DNA from: Candidatus Hodarchaeota archaeon
Lineage (GTDB): Archaea; Asgardarchaeota; Lokiarchaeia; Sigyniarchaeales; SOKP01
Length of the DNA stretch: 64,000 nt
Direction: 5' to 3'
Assembly (NCBI GenBank): GCA_048887225.1
Contig: JBHLJY010000004.1
Location: forward strand, 171,895 to 235,894
Shown here: positions 41,726 through 52,179 of the stretch, piece after piece
How positions within the stretch are numbered: the stretch's first letter is position 1
Layout: the number at the start of each line of letters is the position of its first letter
The notes under the pieces: generated by a model
What the model saw: only the letters and a program-made list of their open reading frames with translations
Databases searched by the model: none
Told to the model about the DNA's origin: nothing
Made by a program: the position numbers and the translations under genes

Positions 41726-42061
41726 TTAAAAAATAACTTGTTTTTTTATAATATTTTTCAATTTTTTAAATCCATGTGTTAATTTTTTAGTTTTGTGTAA
41801 TAAAAGAAATAATTTAAAGTTCTTTGACTTATCTAAATTCCTTTTAACTTTTATAAACCTCGAATCTTTTATAAAATCTCGTTTATCTTCTATCGCTGAT
41901 AAAGCAAGTATTGATTCATGAATGTGGAAATTTGGAGGTGTTTTTGCTGCTAAAGGAAATCCATGACGATCGGTAATGATTCCTGCTACAAAATTTGGAA
42001 AATTTCTTTCTATCTCTTTAAGAAGAAAATTAACATCTTGTTCATTCAAAATATATTCCAA
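41726..42061 (-). CDS. Divergent roadblock-like protein
   Basis: GIITDRHGFPLAA. Confidence 0.55.
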   Translation of the reverse strand: MEYILNEQDVNFLLKEIERNFPNFVAGIITDRHGFPLAAKTPPNFHIHESILALSAIEDKRDFIKDSRFIKVKRNLDKSKNFKLFLLLHKTKKLTHGFKKLKNIIKKQVIF

Positions 42062-42478
42062 TTTTAAATCAACTAACCTATCAATTATTTTTGTTTGATA
42101 TGTTAAGTTTGAAAGAAAGATGTCTTTAAATGTTATATTATGGAGGTATTATTAGATAAATATAATACAACTTCTTGGAGATTCTTGAATTAGATTGAAA
42201 TTGAAAAAGATGAGAAAAATTTCCTCCAAGTCAAGGCACTTAAAGCTGGAGGAAAAAAGTTTTGCGCTTTTCAAAATCGTTTTTAAAATTTTCTTATTAA
42301 TGAAGATAAAAAAAAAGAAAGATAATAATGTATAAATATTCATACATCATAATTTTAATTAATCTTTAAAAAAAACTTAATCCAAATAAAAAACCAATTA
42401 AAAAGCAGAAGTCTTTCCTTAATGATGGTAAGGAATATATAATTACTATAAAAATTATATCAAGTATGGAGGGATAGA

Positions 42479-42787
42479 ATGGCTTTAATATGTGGTTATT
42501 GTGGTGCAGAGATCGCTTGGAAAAGAAAAAGGACATGGAAAAGAAAAAGAATTGTACACATTAATATTTGCCAAAAGCCATCTATTATATATTTCTGTAA
42601 CCGAGATTGCAAATTAAATTGGATTTTTAAGAAATCCCATTTGAGGCCTGAGTTAGACATCAACGGTAATTGGATTAAAGAAGAAGTTAATTCTATTTTT
42701 GATATGGCAGTAATTGAAGATAACACAAACGAGTTAGAGAAGTATCTAAAAGATAATAATTTAAGGATACTTAGGAGGCTTGAATAA
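42479..42787 (+). CDS. Small zinc-binding (TRASH-like) protein
   Basis: CGYC...FCNRDC. Confidence 0.6.
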   Translation: MALICGYCGAEIAWKRKRTWKRKRIVHINICQKPSIIYFCNRDCKLNWIFKKSHLRPELDINGNWIKEEVNSIFDMAVIEDNTNELEKYLKDNNLRILRRLE

Positions 42788-42848
42788 TAGAAATAACTAG
42801 AAAATCGCTCAAATAAAGATAATAGTTGATTTCAATTCCATTACTTTT

Positions 42849-43442
42849 CTAATCGTTATAATTGTAGCGTTGTTCTTTCCATGGATCTGCTTTATTAGAA
42901 TATCCCGCTCTTTCCCAATAACCTAATCTATCCTCCTTTAGAAAAGTAATTTTTACAACCCATTTTGCTGATTTATAGAAATATAAATCAGGGATAATTG
43001 GTCGGACAGGTCCCCCATGTTTATCATTTATGGGCTCTCCCTCATAAGATAGAGCTAAAATGCTATTTCCTTTTTTAATTGCCTCAATCGGAACTGTCGT
43101 TGTAAAATTATCATCTCCGCATAGAAATTCAACAAAATGAGCTGTTTCTTTTGGTTTTACAATATTCAAGAGTTTTTTAAAAGAAATCCCCCCCCATTTA
43201 GTATCGAATTTGCTCCAAGAAGTAACACAATGGATATCTACAATGACTTCTTTGTCTTGAAGTTTTTCAAGACTTGAAAGCGTAAAAGTCGTTGGATTTT
43301 CAACCTCTCCCTCAATATGTAGTTTATAATTCTCTCTGTTTATGCGTACGATTCGGCCTTTTTGGAGGACCGGAAATCTTTCTGTTATATGTTGACCTGG
43401 AGGTAATCTTGGTCTTTCTTCATTTTTAAAATTTTCATTCAT
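42849..43442 (-). CDS. Sulfite-oxidase-like molybdopterin-dependent oxidoreductase
   Basis: RLPPGQ, DIHCVTSWS, HGGPVR, YKSAKW, GYWERAGY. Confidence 0.92.
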   Translation of the reverse strand: MNENFKNEERPRLPPGQHITERFPVLQKGRIVRINRENYKLHIEGEVENPTTFTLSSLEKLQDKEVIVDIHCVTSWSKFDTKWGGISFKKLLNIVKPKETAHFVEFLCGDDNFTTTVPIEAIKKGNSILALSYEGEPINDKHGGPVRPIIPDLYFYKSAKWVVKITFLKEDRLGYWERAGYSNKADPWKEQRYNYND

Positions 43443-43576
43443 TAAAAATATAATTCTCTTTTATTGTATCTAAAATTATTAATTATTATACAATTATAAA
43501 ATTTTTAATTGAAGTGTTTATATTGACAGGAAAAAAAGGAAAGATACAATGCATAAATGATGAAATTCTAGAAAAG

Positions 43577-44836
43577 ATGAGTTTGAAGAATCGTAATAAA
43601 TTTATAGATAATAATTTGATTAGTGTTTTAAAGCCTGAACATTTTAATTTTCTACGCAAAACTCAGAGATTTTACGAAAGGTTTGAAAGTAAAAATAACA
43701 TAACCCACGATGAAGATTTTTATGATTGGATTCCAATAATGGGCAAGGAAGGTTTAATTAGTCGTGTTACCAGATTTGAAGATATTGGCTTAAATTACGA
43801 TCCTTATGGGATAACAATAGAGTTTCTAAGAATTTTGGCTACTGACTTATTTGACCCCCAAATGGCTATATTTGCTTAAAATCGCAATTCGCGAGCAAAA
43901 GCTATGGGTATGGGGGCTAGTGTGTTGGCAATAAACCCATTAACGCTCCATCACGAAAATATTGACATTAGATTGAAAGCCCTTAAAGAGTTAGTCACTG
44001 GAGAGAAAATTGGTTGTTGCTGTATTACAGAGCCAGAAAGAGGATCTGATGCTGTACATATGTTAACAACCTGCGATGAAAATGAAGATGGTGGTTATAC
44101 GATTAATGGACAAAAAATTTACCAGACGAATGGTCCTAAGGCAGACTGGGCTATTGTTTATGCATGCACCGAGAAAGATAATGGAAATACTATGGCACAA
44201 TTTTTAGTAAATTCTTCATGGGAGGGCTGGAATGTTGAAAGAGTAAATATCCCGTGGACTCCAAGGATCTTTATAGGGAAAGAAACCTTTAGAAATTTAA
44301 AAGTTCCTAAAGAATACGTATTAGGACCCCCAGGGATGGGTAGAGATCATCTTTTTGAAGGATTAAATTTAGAACGTTTAGGTATTGTTGCATTAAATCT
44401 CGCACAGGCATGGAATGCAATATCCCACGCAGTAATTTATGTAAACATGAGAAAACAATTTAATCAAGAAATTTTAAAGTTTCAAGGAGTTGGATTTCCT
44501 CTATCAGATCTATGGGCCAAAACTATGAATTTAACTTTAGCTTTTTTATACATTGCTCAAACCGTTGATGAAAAGATCGAAAAAGGTACTCTTACTAAAG
44601 AATTTAATTTGGCTCTTGTTGCATCTGCCTCTCAATTAAAATCTCAGAGCGCAAAGCTAAGTGAACGGGTTTGTTACGAATGTGCGAATTTAATGGGCGG
44701 CGCGGGAGCTTGTGATAATACATTAATGCACGATTTACTTGGAATCTCTAGAATTCAAGAAATGGGGGGAGGAACCCGTCAGATACAACAATACATAATG
44801 AGCCTAAGTTTGAGGCAGTTATTCAAAATGTTATAA
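43577..44836 (+). CDS. Acyl-CoA dehydrogenase, join(43577..43869,43906..44836), 407 aa after predicted splicing
   Basis: ITEPERGSD, INGQKIYQTNG, RKQF, GGGTRQIQ; the two track ORFs share a frame and are separated by a 36-nt insert containing TAA. Confidence 0.85.
43870..43905 (+). other. Putative bulge-helix-bulge mRNA intron
   Basis: Helix GGCT/AGCT, 3-nt bulges AT^A and AT^G, intron stem TTTGCT/AGCAAA, exon stem CCCCCA/TGGGGG. Confidence 0.7.
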
Positions 44837-44887
44837 AACTTTATTTAAAGTTTTTTTTTTAAAAAAGAAAAATATAATAAATTCAAA

Positions 44888-45859
44888 TTATCTTTTTTTT
44901 AACGAAATTCCTAGGTTAAGATTTTCAAATAATTCGCTAAATCTATTTCTAATTGTAACTTCTGTAACCTGTGAAATTTTAGCAATTTTTCTTTGAGTTC
45001 TTCTTTCTTTACATAATATTGAAGCCGCATATATGGCAGCTGCGCAAACTCCAGTTGGACCTCTCCCAGAAGTTAAACCACGTAGTTCTGCTATTTTTAT
45101 TATTTTTTTGGATTTTTTATGGCACTGTTGAGATAAACCTAATTCACTTATAAAGCGTATGAGGAAATCCAAAGGTTTAGTAGGATTCAAATTTAATTTT
45201 AATTCTTTTGAAATAAATCTAAAAGACCGACCAATTTCTTTTTTATTGACGCGTGCAACTTCCGCAATTTCATTTAATGTTCTAGGTACATGGAACATTC
45301 TACAAGCTGCATATAAGCTTGCTGCAGCGACCCCTTCAATAGATCTTCCACGAATTAAATGTGCTTCTACTGCATCTCTGTATATTTTTGCTGAGCATTC
45401 TCGTAAATTCTTTTGAAGATCTAAATTTGAAGCCATACGATCTAATTCACTTAAGGCGAACGTTAAATTTCTTTCAGTTGCATCAGATACTCTAATACGG
45501 CTCTGCCATTTTCGGAGCCGATAAATTTGTGCTCTTAATTTAGCGGGTATTTCCTTTCCGAAGATATCACGATTTTTCCAGTCAATCATTGTACTTAGAC
45601 CTTTATCGTGTATCATGTATGTCATTGGTGCTCCTGTTCTTGTTCTCTTCTTTTTCTGATCAGCATCAAATGCTCGCCATTCTGGCCCGTGATCAATCCA
45701 TTTCTCGGATTTTATTAACCCACATTGTTCACATACCATGAAACCTCTATTTCCATCATAAGAGATAGTATTGCCACATTCTGAACAATGTTTTGATGAT
45801 AATCCATCATCATCATGTTTTTCTTCATGTAAAGTCTTAACTTCTTTCCAACTTGAAAT
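44888..45859 (-). CDS. tfb: Transcription initiation factor IIB, ATT start
   Basis: CSECG...CEQCG Zn ribbon is complete only when extended to ATT 45859 after AGGTG; GPEWRAF, cyclin repeats. Confidence 0.95.
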   Translation of the reverse strand: MSSWKEVKTLHEEKHDDDGLSSKHCSECGNTISYDGNRGFMVCEQCGLIKSEKWIDHGPEWRAFDADQKKKRTRTGAPMTYMIHDKGLSTMIDWKNRDIFGKEIPAKLRAQIYRLRKWQSRIRVSDATERNLTFALSELDRMASNLDLQKNLRECSAKIYRDAVEAHLIRGRSIEGVAAASLYAACRMFHVPRTLNEIAEVARVNKKEIGRSFRFISKELKLNLNPTKPLDFLIRFISELGLSQQCHKKSKKIIKIAELRGLTSGRGPTGVCAAAIYAASILCKERRTQRKIAKISQVTEVTIRNRFSELFENLNLGISLKKR

Positions 45860-45916
45860 ATTTTACACCTTTTTTTTAAAACTATTTCTTACTTCGAAAA
45901 TTTTGAAAGATTGTTA

Positions 45917-46165
45917 TTACACTTTCACATAAAGATTGCTTTTCGGGTTAAATTCTTGACTGGTAATGATTTTAATCGATATAAAAGGTAAAGAGAGAGG
46001 CCCAAATATTTCTTTAATATATCCAATTTTCTCGTATTTTTCATTATAAACAGGTTTTCTAAAAATTCTTTCGTCTCGGCCTCTATTCCAACTCGTCGTC
46101 CTAAAAATTCGATTTTTTTTAGACTCTCCTAAATAATATAAGTTTAGTTTAACCCAATCTTTCAA
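45917..46165 (-). CDS. gar1: Gar1/Naf1 family H/ACA RNP protein
   Basis: KIGYIKEIFGP..PFISIK; adjacent to tfb; TTG 46165 avoids overlap with the upstream gene. Confidence 0.75.
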   Translation of the reverse strand: MKDWVKLNLYYLGESKKNRIFRTTSWNRGRDERIFRKPVYNEKYEKIGYIKEIFGPLSLPFISIKIITSQEFNPKSNLYVKV

Positions 46166-46241
46166 ATTATTACCATACCAAGTTGCTAAGTAATGAATAG
46201 TTGATTGGTAGTTAATATTTAAATTTTTCCTCCAAATTTTT

Positions 46242-47342
46242 TTAACAATAATGTCGTTGTAGATGATACATCGTTTTACAACCACATTCTTCGTATGGTT
46301 TTTCTAAGAAATTTATATTTTGATTTAATACAAAATTTTTAAGAAGCTTAATCATATTTTCATTGCAGTTTCTTTTTAAACAATTATGAATCCCTCGTTT
46401 GGTTCCTGCTCCTGAAGGATCAGAAATAATTCTCACGCTTTTAAGGTTATCTTGAGTTATCGATTTTTTTAGACATTTTATGAGGGAATAGAACCAAGGA
46501 GGTCTATACCTATTTTGAAACCACAGATATTCTGTAAAGCTTCCTTTTTGAATATTTAAGGGATTAATAGATATTGTATTTAATTTTAAATTAACTAAAG
46601 TCTTTATTGATTCTACGCAATCATCTATTGCACTTATTTCATTAAAAAAAGGTGGTTTAAATAATAAGTAAGTTTTGACTCCTATGCTATGTTCTTTACA
46701 AAGTTGGAGAGTATTTTTAAATTCGTCATATAAAAGTCCTTTATTAATATAGTTATTTCTGATATAATCATTAACAGTTTCAAGACCAATTCCAACTTCA
46801 ATATATTTATTTTTTAAAGAATCACACAATTCTTCAAGTTTCTCAGACGAGACATATTCAATCCGAGATTCAATTACAACCTCTTTTATTTTTGTAATTT
46901 TTGCTATTTTGTTGTATATATAAGAGCGAACATTTTTGGCAACTTCATTCTCGTCAAGAAAACTTCCTGAATTAAATAATTTTAACACATAATTATACTT
47001 ATCATTTTCAATCTCATCTAATTTGTTTTGGAGTGCATAATTAAATTGACTTATAATTTGATTAGGTTTGACTTCGTTAATATTAGCGTCTTGTACGTAT
47101 CCGCACATGGAACACCCTCCTGTTCCACCTAAAGCCCAATTGCAACCACGAGTTCTTAAAATAATTGTGAACTCTTTTCCAATCTCGTTTAGAAGTCTAT
47201 CTTTTTTTATCCAAAAACTTATTGGTTTTTCTAACTGTTCTTTTGTAAATTCTAGTTTCTTTTTAAGTTTTTCCCTCCTAATACTTTTTATTCTATCAAC
47301 TAACGATTCATTATATTTAATGTTTCTATTACCTGCTCTCAT
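46242..47342 (-). CDS. Archaeosine biosynthesis radical SAM protein RaSEA
   Basis: LRTRGC.W....GGCSMCGY, FNSGSFLD, YRPPW, GTKRGIHNC; next to arcS. Confidence 0.9.
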   Translation of the reverse strand: MRAGNRNIKYNESLVDRIKSIRREKLKKKLEFTKEQLEKPISFWIKKDRLLNEIGKEFTIILRTRGCNWALGGTGGCSMCGYVQDANINEVKPNQIISQFNYALQNKLDEIENDKYNYVLKLFNSGSFLDENEVAKNVRSYIYNKIAKITKIKEVVIESRIEYVSSEKLEELCDSLKNKYIEVGIGLETVNDYIRNNYINKGLLYDEFKNTLQLCKEHSIGVKTYLLFKPPFFNEISAIDDCVESIKTLVNLKLNTISINPLNIQKGSFTEYLWFQNRYRPPWFYSLIKCLKKSITQDNLKSVRIISDPSGAGTKRGIHNCLKRNCNENMIKLLKNFVLNQNINFLEKPYEECGCKTMYHLQRHYC

Positions 47343-49401
47343 AAATTCTTGCTATCCTTCCATTTTTTGAATTTTTCAAATAATTGGAGCCAATTATTAA
47401 TTGACCAAGCCCTATAATATTCTTTTTCTTATTATCTAAAATAATTGTAAAATTAGAGGGCAATAAATCATTACTGTATTCAATTACGCCTGGACGAAAC
47501 AAAGTATTTCCAATAATCTTATTTTCATTGAAAACAATAACATTTGAATAAGAAAATGGTGCCAATCTCTTAGCTCCTTCTATTGTTAGAAATATTTGTC
47601 CTAAAGTACGTTTAAAAACACCTAGCAGCACATCAGTTTTAGAATCTATGAGATTAGTCATATTATTATATTTATTTCTTCTTGTAAATAGTCCGTTTGA
47701 AAGTATTTTCATTCCTGATCCTACACCGAATTGGTAATCTAATATTTTAACAAACTTTCTAGTCCATGTTTTTGATAAGTAAGTTCTATTTTGATTCTTA
47801 TTTTTAGGTGAAAATTTATCTTTATAATTTCTTATTAAATTTTCCAGGGAATTTAGTGAATCAACGGAAGTAATTCGATCGTGAATTTCAGAAAAATAAA
47901 AATTCCGATGGAGTTTTTTTTGTGCCGTTTTAGCAATTTCAAGATATCCTCCTTCAAGATGGCAGATAATTGGAATAATACTATCGTATTTTTCTAATAT
48001 CTTAACAAGCATATCCGCAGCAATGATTACCTCTTCGTTATCCCAATCGCCAGTCACTGAGATATCGTAAGAATTAACAGGATAGATATTTTCTAATTGT
48101 CTTGGAATTGCTCCTAGCGGAGAAGTTAAAATAATCTCTTGAAAATTAGGGAAATCAGGAAACTTTCTTATAACCTTATAGAACTGTTGATGAGACTTAG
48201 ATTCTGAATATGGTTTTTTTGAGGAACAAGGGAGTATTATAATTAATGTAGTTGATGGCTCTGGAATAAAACTTTTAATTGTTCTATCTCTAAATATCTG
48301 AAAATCAGGACGATAATAAGAAGAAGGTCCAAGGCAATTTATAATTATATTTTTTTGATTAATTGGGGTCTCGTATTTAATTATCTCAAAATATTCCTTA
48401 TCTAATATTTTTAACATTGAAATAAGGTTAGTATCATCTAATGTAGATTTCTCGACAAAGGCACGAAAATCCTCGTAATCTAAATATTGCTTTATTTTAT
48501 TTAAATAATTTCTTGCTGTAATTAAGTTATGTAAGCAAAGAAAGATTTTTTTTTCTGAGGAGTATTTATCTTCTGAGATTTCTTTAAGTCTTCCTCTACA
48601 TACTCTGCAAGAACATGGTAAATATTTAATTTTATATATAGGAAGTAAAAATTCTATTGAATCATAAAAGTTTTCTGAAGATAAATATAATAAATAAGAA
48701 CAATCAATTAAATCTATTCCTAAATATATAAGCATAGGATACATTTTAGGTATAATTCTTCCCGATGCAATTAAAACTAGGTTATTGTCAAGCTCTTGTT
48801 TAAGTTGAACAATACTCTTGATTGTATTTCGATAATTATGTAATTTATCAAAAATATCAGCTAAATTTAGAACTTTGATGTTTTCATTATTTTTAATTAT
48901 TGGAAAATATAAATTAATCAAATCAATATAATCGAAGATTTTTATAGTTAAACCGAAACTAAGATCTGGATTATTTTTCAGTAGTTTTTCAGCAATTTTG
49001 AGATAAGATTCAATTTCTTTTATGGCAAAATTCCTATTAATAGTTGTAGTCGGAATATTAAACGGAATTATAGATATGATATTATTTTCGATGAGTATTT
49101 TCTTTTTTTCTATCAATACTTCTTGAAATTTTTCTATCATTCCCATATGAGTGTAAAAAAACCATGAATTTCGAAAGTTTTCATGAAAAAAGTCTTTTTT
49201 TAGAAAATGATCTTTAAAAATCATAAATAAAAGATTTTCCTCAAATTCCTCAATAAAATTTTTCTGGTTCATTAAGATTTTATTTATTGGAATAATAATA
49301 TTCGGAGTTGAGATGTATTTTGTAGAATCTGTTGATAGACAAATCCTACCTATTCTTGAAAATCCTATTCTCTTTTTTAAGAGCTCAAATAAACTTTTCA
49401 T
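47329..49401 (-). CDS. arcS: Archaeosine synthase subunit alpha (TGT-like, PUA)
   Basis: LPCSSKKPYSESKSH, TSPLG, YDISVTGDW, DYQFG. Confidence 0.9.
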   Translation of the reverse strand: MKSLFELLKKRIGFSRIGRICLSTDSTKYISTPNIIIPINKILMNQKNFIEEFEENLLFMIFKDHFLKKDFFHENFRNSWFFYTHMGMIEKFQEVLIEKKKILIENNIISIIPFNIPTTTINRNFAIKEIESYLKIAEKLLKNNPDLSFGLTIKIFDYIDLINLYFPIIKNNENIKVLNLADIFDKLHNYRNTIKSIVQLKQELDNNLVLIASGRIIPKMYPMLIYLGIDLIDCSYLLYLSSENFYDSIEFLLPIYKIKYLPCSCRVCRGRLKEISEDKYSSEKKIFLCLHNLITARNYLNKIKQYLDYEDFRAFVEKSTLDDTNLISMLKILDKEYFEIIKYETPINQKNIIINCLGPSSYYRPDFQIFRDRTIKSFIPEPSTTLIIILPCSSKKPYSESKSHQQFYKVIRKFPDFPNFQEIILTSPLGAIPRQLENIYPVNSYDISVTGDWDNEEVIIAADMLVKILEKYDSIIPIICHLEGGYLEIAKTAQKKLHRNFYFSEIHDRITSVDSLNSLENLIRNYKDKFSPKNKNQNRTYLSKTWTRKFVKILDYQFGVGSGMKILSNGLFTRRNKYNNMTNLIDSKTDVLLGVFKRTLGQIFLTIEGAKRLAPFSYSNVIVFNENKIIGNTLFRPGVIEYSNDLLPSNFTIILDNKKKNIIGLGQLIIGSNYLKNSKNGRIARIYESR

Positions 49402-49436
49402 TTGTCAATTTCTTTAATTAGAAATTAGTATTTAAA

Positions 49437-49724
49437 TCAATAAGCAGGGAACATTGGTGGTAAATCTTCTTCAAAAATTTTATTTCCAATCCTAATGTCA
49501 AGCTCTGCGATTAACCAGCATAAAACATCATAATTTGGTTCTGGCTCAGAACAAAATATCTCAGCTGTTCTTTTAGTTACTAAAATTTCTGGGGCATTTC
49601 TATAATTATTTTCAATATATAACTGTCTTCTAGCGAGCATATTACATAGAGTGTCAATTGGAAGATATTTTTGCGAAAGATAATACGCCGCTACATTTAT
49701 TTGTTCCCTTAAATCATCATCCAT
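49437..49724 (-). CDS. Hypothetical protein with a duplicated short motif
   Basis: AAYYLS...DTLC / YDVLCWLIAE repeat. Confidence 0.65.
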   Translation of the reverse strand: MDDDLREQINVAAYYLSQKYLPIDTLCNMLARRQLYIENNYRNAPEILVTKRTAEIFCSEPEPNYDVLCWLIAELDIRIGNKIFEEDLPPMFPAY

Positions 49725-49748
49725 TTTACTTCTATTATATCATAAGAT

Positions 49749-50708
49749 TTAAAAGATTATAAAATTTGTATAAGGTTTTAATTCATCAAGTACAAAATTA
49801 GTAGATGTATCTTCAATTTCACCTGTATCATAAAGATTTCTTATGAAAAAGGCATAATTCTGAATTTCCTTAACTCTTATTATAGCAAATAAACCGAATT
49901 GTTCTCCAATTCTAAATAAATCTGTGATATTATGATTTTTTTCTAGTTTTAATGCAATTTCATCATATTTTGAAGGATCCTTAGGTTTAATCCTAACTAA
50001 AAATTTTCCTTTATATCCAATTCCTACGGGACAGAAATTAATTGAATAATTTAATATCACATCTGATTCTTCTAGCTTTTTGATTCTATTATAAATTGTA
50101 GCTTGAGACATTTCCAAATTATATTCTGCTTTAAGCAATTTGGACATATTATACGTGGATATTAATTTTGAGGTTTGCCTTTCTTGAAGAATTTCAAGGA
50201 TTAAATAGTCTTTATCATCAAACTTCAATCTTGGACTAATTTTTTTATCTGACAATTTAATGCCATTGGTTTTAAATACTTTTATAGTCTCAGAGAGTTG
50301 ATATTTTTTGAAATAAGATTTTGCCATGATATAATCTATTTGAGTCAAAATATGGTTGAATTCTTCTGTGGATTTAAAGATAAATAAAGCTATGAGAGAA
50401 AATTCTCCAAATATTCCATCAAGCATCTTTAATTGGCTTATTTTTAATAATTCCTCAACTAAATATGGTTCTTTTGGGTTTGTTTTTATTTCTAAAATAA
50501 CATAATTTAGCTTAGGGAAAATATTTGGATTTATATTTATTGTGAAATTATTAATTAACTCCTTCTGCTTTAATTTATCAAATTTATTTTGAAATGTTTG
50601 CCTAGTTATTCTTAATTTCTTGGAAATTCTTTTAAAATTAGGTTTTGATTTAGAATTTAAGAACTTTATTAAATTATGGATACTTTCCGATTGCCTAATA
50701 CTTTTCAT
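49749..50708 (-). CDS. Tandem Lrp/AsnC family regulator
   Basis: Two HTH+RAM units. Confidence 0.85.
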   Translation of the reverse strand: MKSIRQSESIHNLIKFLNSKSKPNFKRISKKLRITRQTFQNKFDKLKQKELINNFTININPNIFPKLNYVILEIKTNPKEPYLVEELLKISQLKMLDGIFGEFSLIALFIFKSTEEFNHILTQIDYIMAKSYFKKYQLSETIKVFKTNGIKLSDKKISPRLKFDDKDYLILEILQERQTSKLISTYNMSKLLKAEYNLEMSQATIYNRIKKLEESDVILNYSINFCPVGIGYKGKFLVRIKPKDPSKYDEIALKLEKNHNITDLFRIGEQFGLFAIIRVKEIQNYAFFIRNLYDTGEIEDTSTNFVLDELKPYTNFIIF

Positions 50709-50846
50709 ATTATCAACTAATTAATTAAATGCCTATTTCTAAATAATATTATTTTACTATTTCTTAAAAATATATTTAAATTTTAATTAAAATTACAAAT
50801 TATAAACTTATAAATTCTAATTATAAGAAAAAGTGAATTATAAAAA

Positions 50847-52115
50847 ATGGTAAATTATAAAATCGCTGACGAAAGTTTAGTTGATAAAGGAGTAGAAGCG
50901 ATATATGTTGCTGAAAATAAAATGCCTGTAGTTTCAAAAATTCTTCGTGAAAGATTTATAAAACAAAAGCCACTTGAAGGGATAACTTTTGCGGGGTGTT
51001 TACATATTACAAAAGAGACCGCAAATTTAGCAAGGACATTAAAGGCAGGTGGTGCTGAAGTATATTTATGTGGAAGTAACCCTCTCTCTACCCAAGATGA
51101 TGTTGCTGCAGCTTTAGTAAAGGAAGGTATAAATGTTTTTGCTTGGCATGGAAATACTGATGAAGAATTCTATTGGTGTATTCGTGAGTGTTTGAAGGCT
51201 AAACCAAATATTCTAATTGATGATGGCGCCGATATGATTGTGACTGCTCATAAAGAATTCCCCGAATTAATTACTGAGGGAGTTATTATTGGTTGCCAGG
51301 AAGAAACGACGACTGGCGTTAAGAGATTTAAAGCGATGGAAAAAAAAGGTGCATTAAAGGTACCATTATTCCCTGTGAATGACGCACGATGTAAGAATCA
51401 ATTTGACAACGAATTAGGCACTGGGCAAGGCATTGTTTCTGCAATTTATGGTATGCATGTTCTTTTTGCTGGCAAGACAGTTATCGTGGCAGGGTACGGT
51501 CATTGCAGTAGTGGCATGGCACTCAGAGCAAGAGGATTGGGAGCTAATGTCATTGTTACGGAAGTAGATCCAATAAAAGCTCTCCAAGCAAGATTTGCTG
51601 GATATCAGGTGATGCCAATCGCAAAAGCGTTGCCAGAAGCGGACATCATTCTCACTTCTACTGGTTGTAAGCATGTCATTGCACCCACTAAAGAGATGTT
51701 CGATAAGTTCAAGGATGGTGTAATTCTAGGCAATTTAGGACATTTCGATATAGAGTTTCCGACCAAACAGCTTTATCAATATGCAAAAGAGATAAAACCT
51801 ATCCGTAATCATGTTGAGGAATTAATCTTTCCTAATGGTAAAAAGGTTTATCTTTTAGCAAAAGGGCGCTTAGCCAATTTAGTGCTTTCAGAGGGACATC
51901 CAAGTGAAGTTATGGATATGTCGTTTGCCCTCCAATCATTAATGTCCGAATATATAGTAAAAAATAAGGATTCGCTCAATCCTGGCATTCTTGAAATTCC
52001 TGTTGATATTGACAATAAAGTTGGTTTTCTGAAACTCCAATCGATGGGAATTGAAATTGACACTTTAACGGAAGAACAATATAATTATATCCATGGTTAT
52101 GAAGAAGGCACATAA
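50847..52115 (+). CDS. ahcY: Adenosylhomocysteinase
   Basis: GSNPLSTQD, EETTTG, VNDA, GHFD, GHPSEVMD. Confidence 0.97.
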   Translation: MVNYKIADESLVDKGVEAIYVAENKMPVVSKILRERFIKQKPLEGITFAGCLHITKETANLARTLKAGGAEVYLCGSNPLSTQDDVAAALVKEGINVFAWHGNTDEEFYWCIRECLKAKPNILIDDGADMIVTAHKEFPELITEGVIIGCQEETTTGVKRFKAMEKKGALKVPLFPVNDARCKNQFDNELGTGQGIVSAIYGMHVLFAGKTVIVAGYGHCSSGMALRARGLGANVIVTEVDPIKALQARFAGYQVMPIAKALPEADIILTSTGCKHVIAPTKEMFDKFKDGVILGNLGHFDIEFPTKQLYQYAKEIKPIRNHVEELIFPNGKKVYLLAKGRLANLVLSEGHPSEVMDMSFALQSLMSEYIVKNKDSLNPGILEIPVDIDNKVGFLKLQSMGIEIDTLTEEQYNYIHGYEEGT

Positions 52116-52179
52116 CTAAAAATATAAAAGAATTGAAATTATTAGGAATAATATAAATAAAAAATAGGAAAAAAATAAA

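Noticed and set aside
42140-42286. Short plus-strand frame with internal TAG flanked by CTTGGAG/CTCCAAG, considered as a second BHB intron
   Set aside because: No valid 4-bp helix with paired intron stem and no recognisable protein.
43514-44836. Stop-codon readthrough (Sec/Pyl) or two separate genes for the split acyl-CoA dehydrogenase
   Set aside because: The stop is TAA, not TGA/TAG. Readthrough would leave 12 extra codons, and the split falls inside the N-terminal helical domain.
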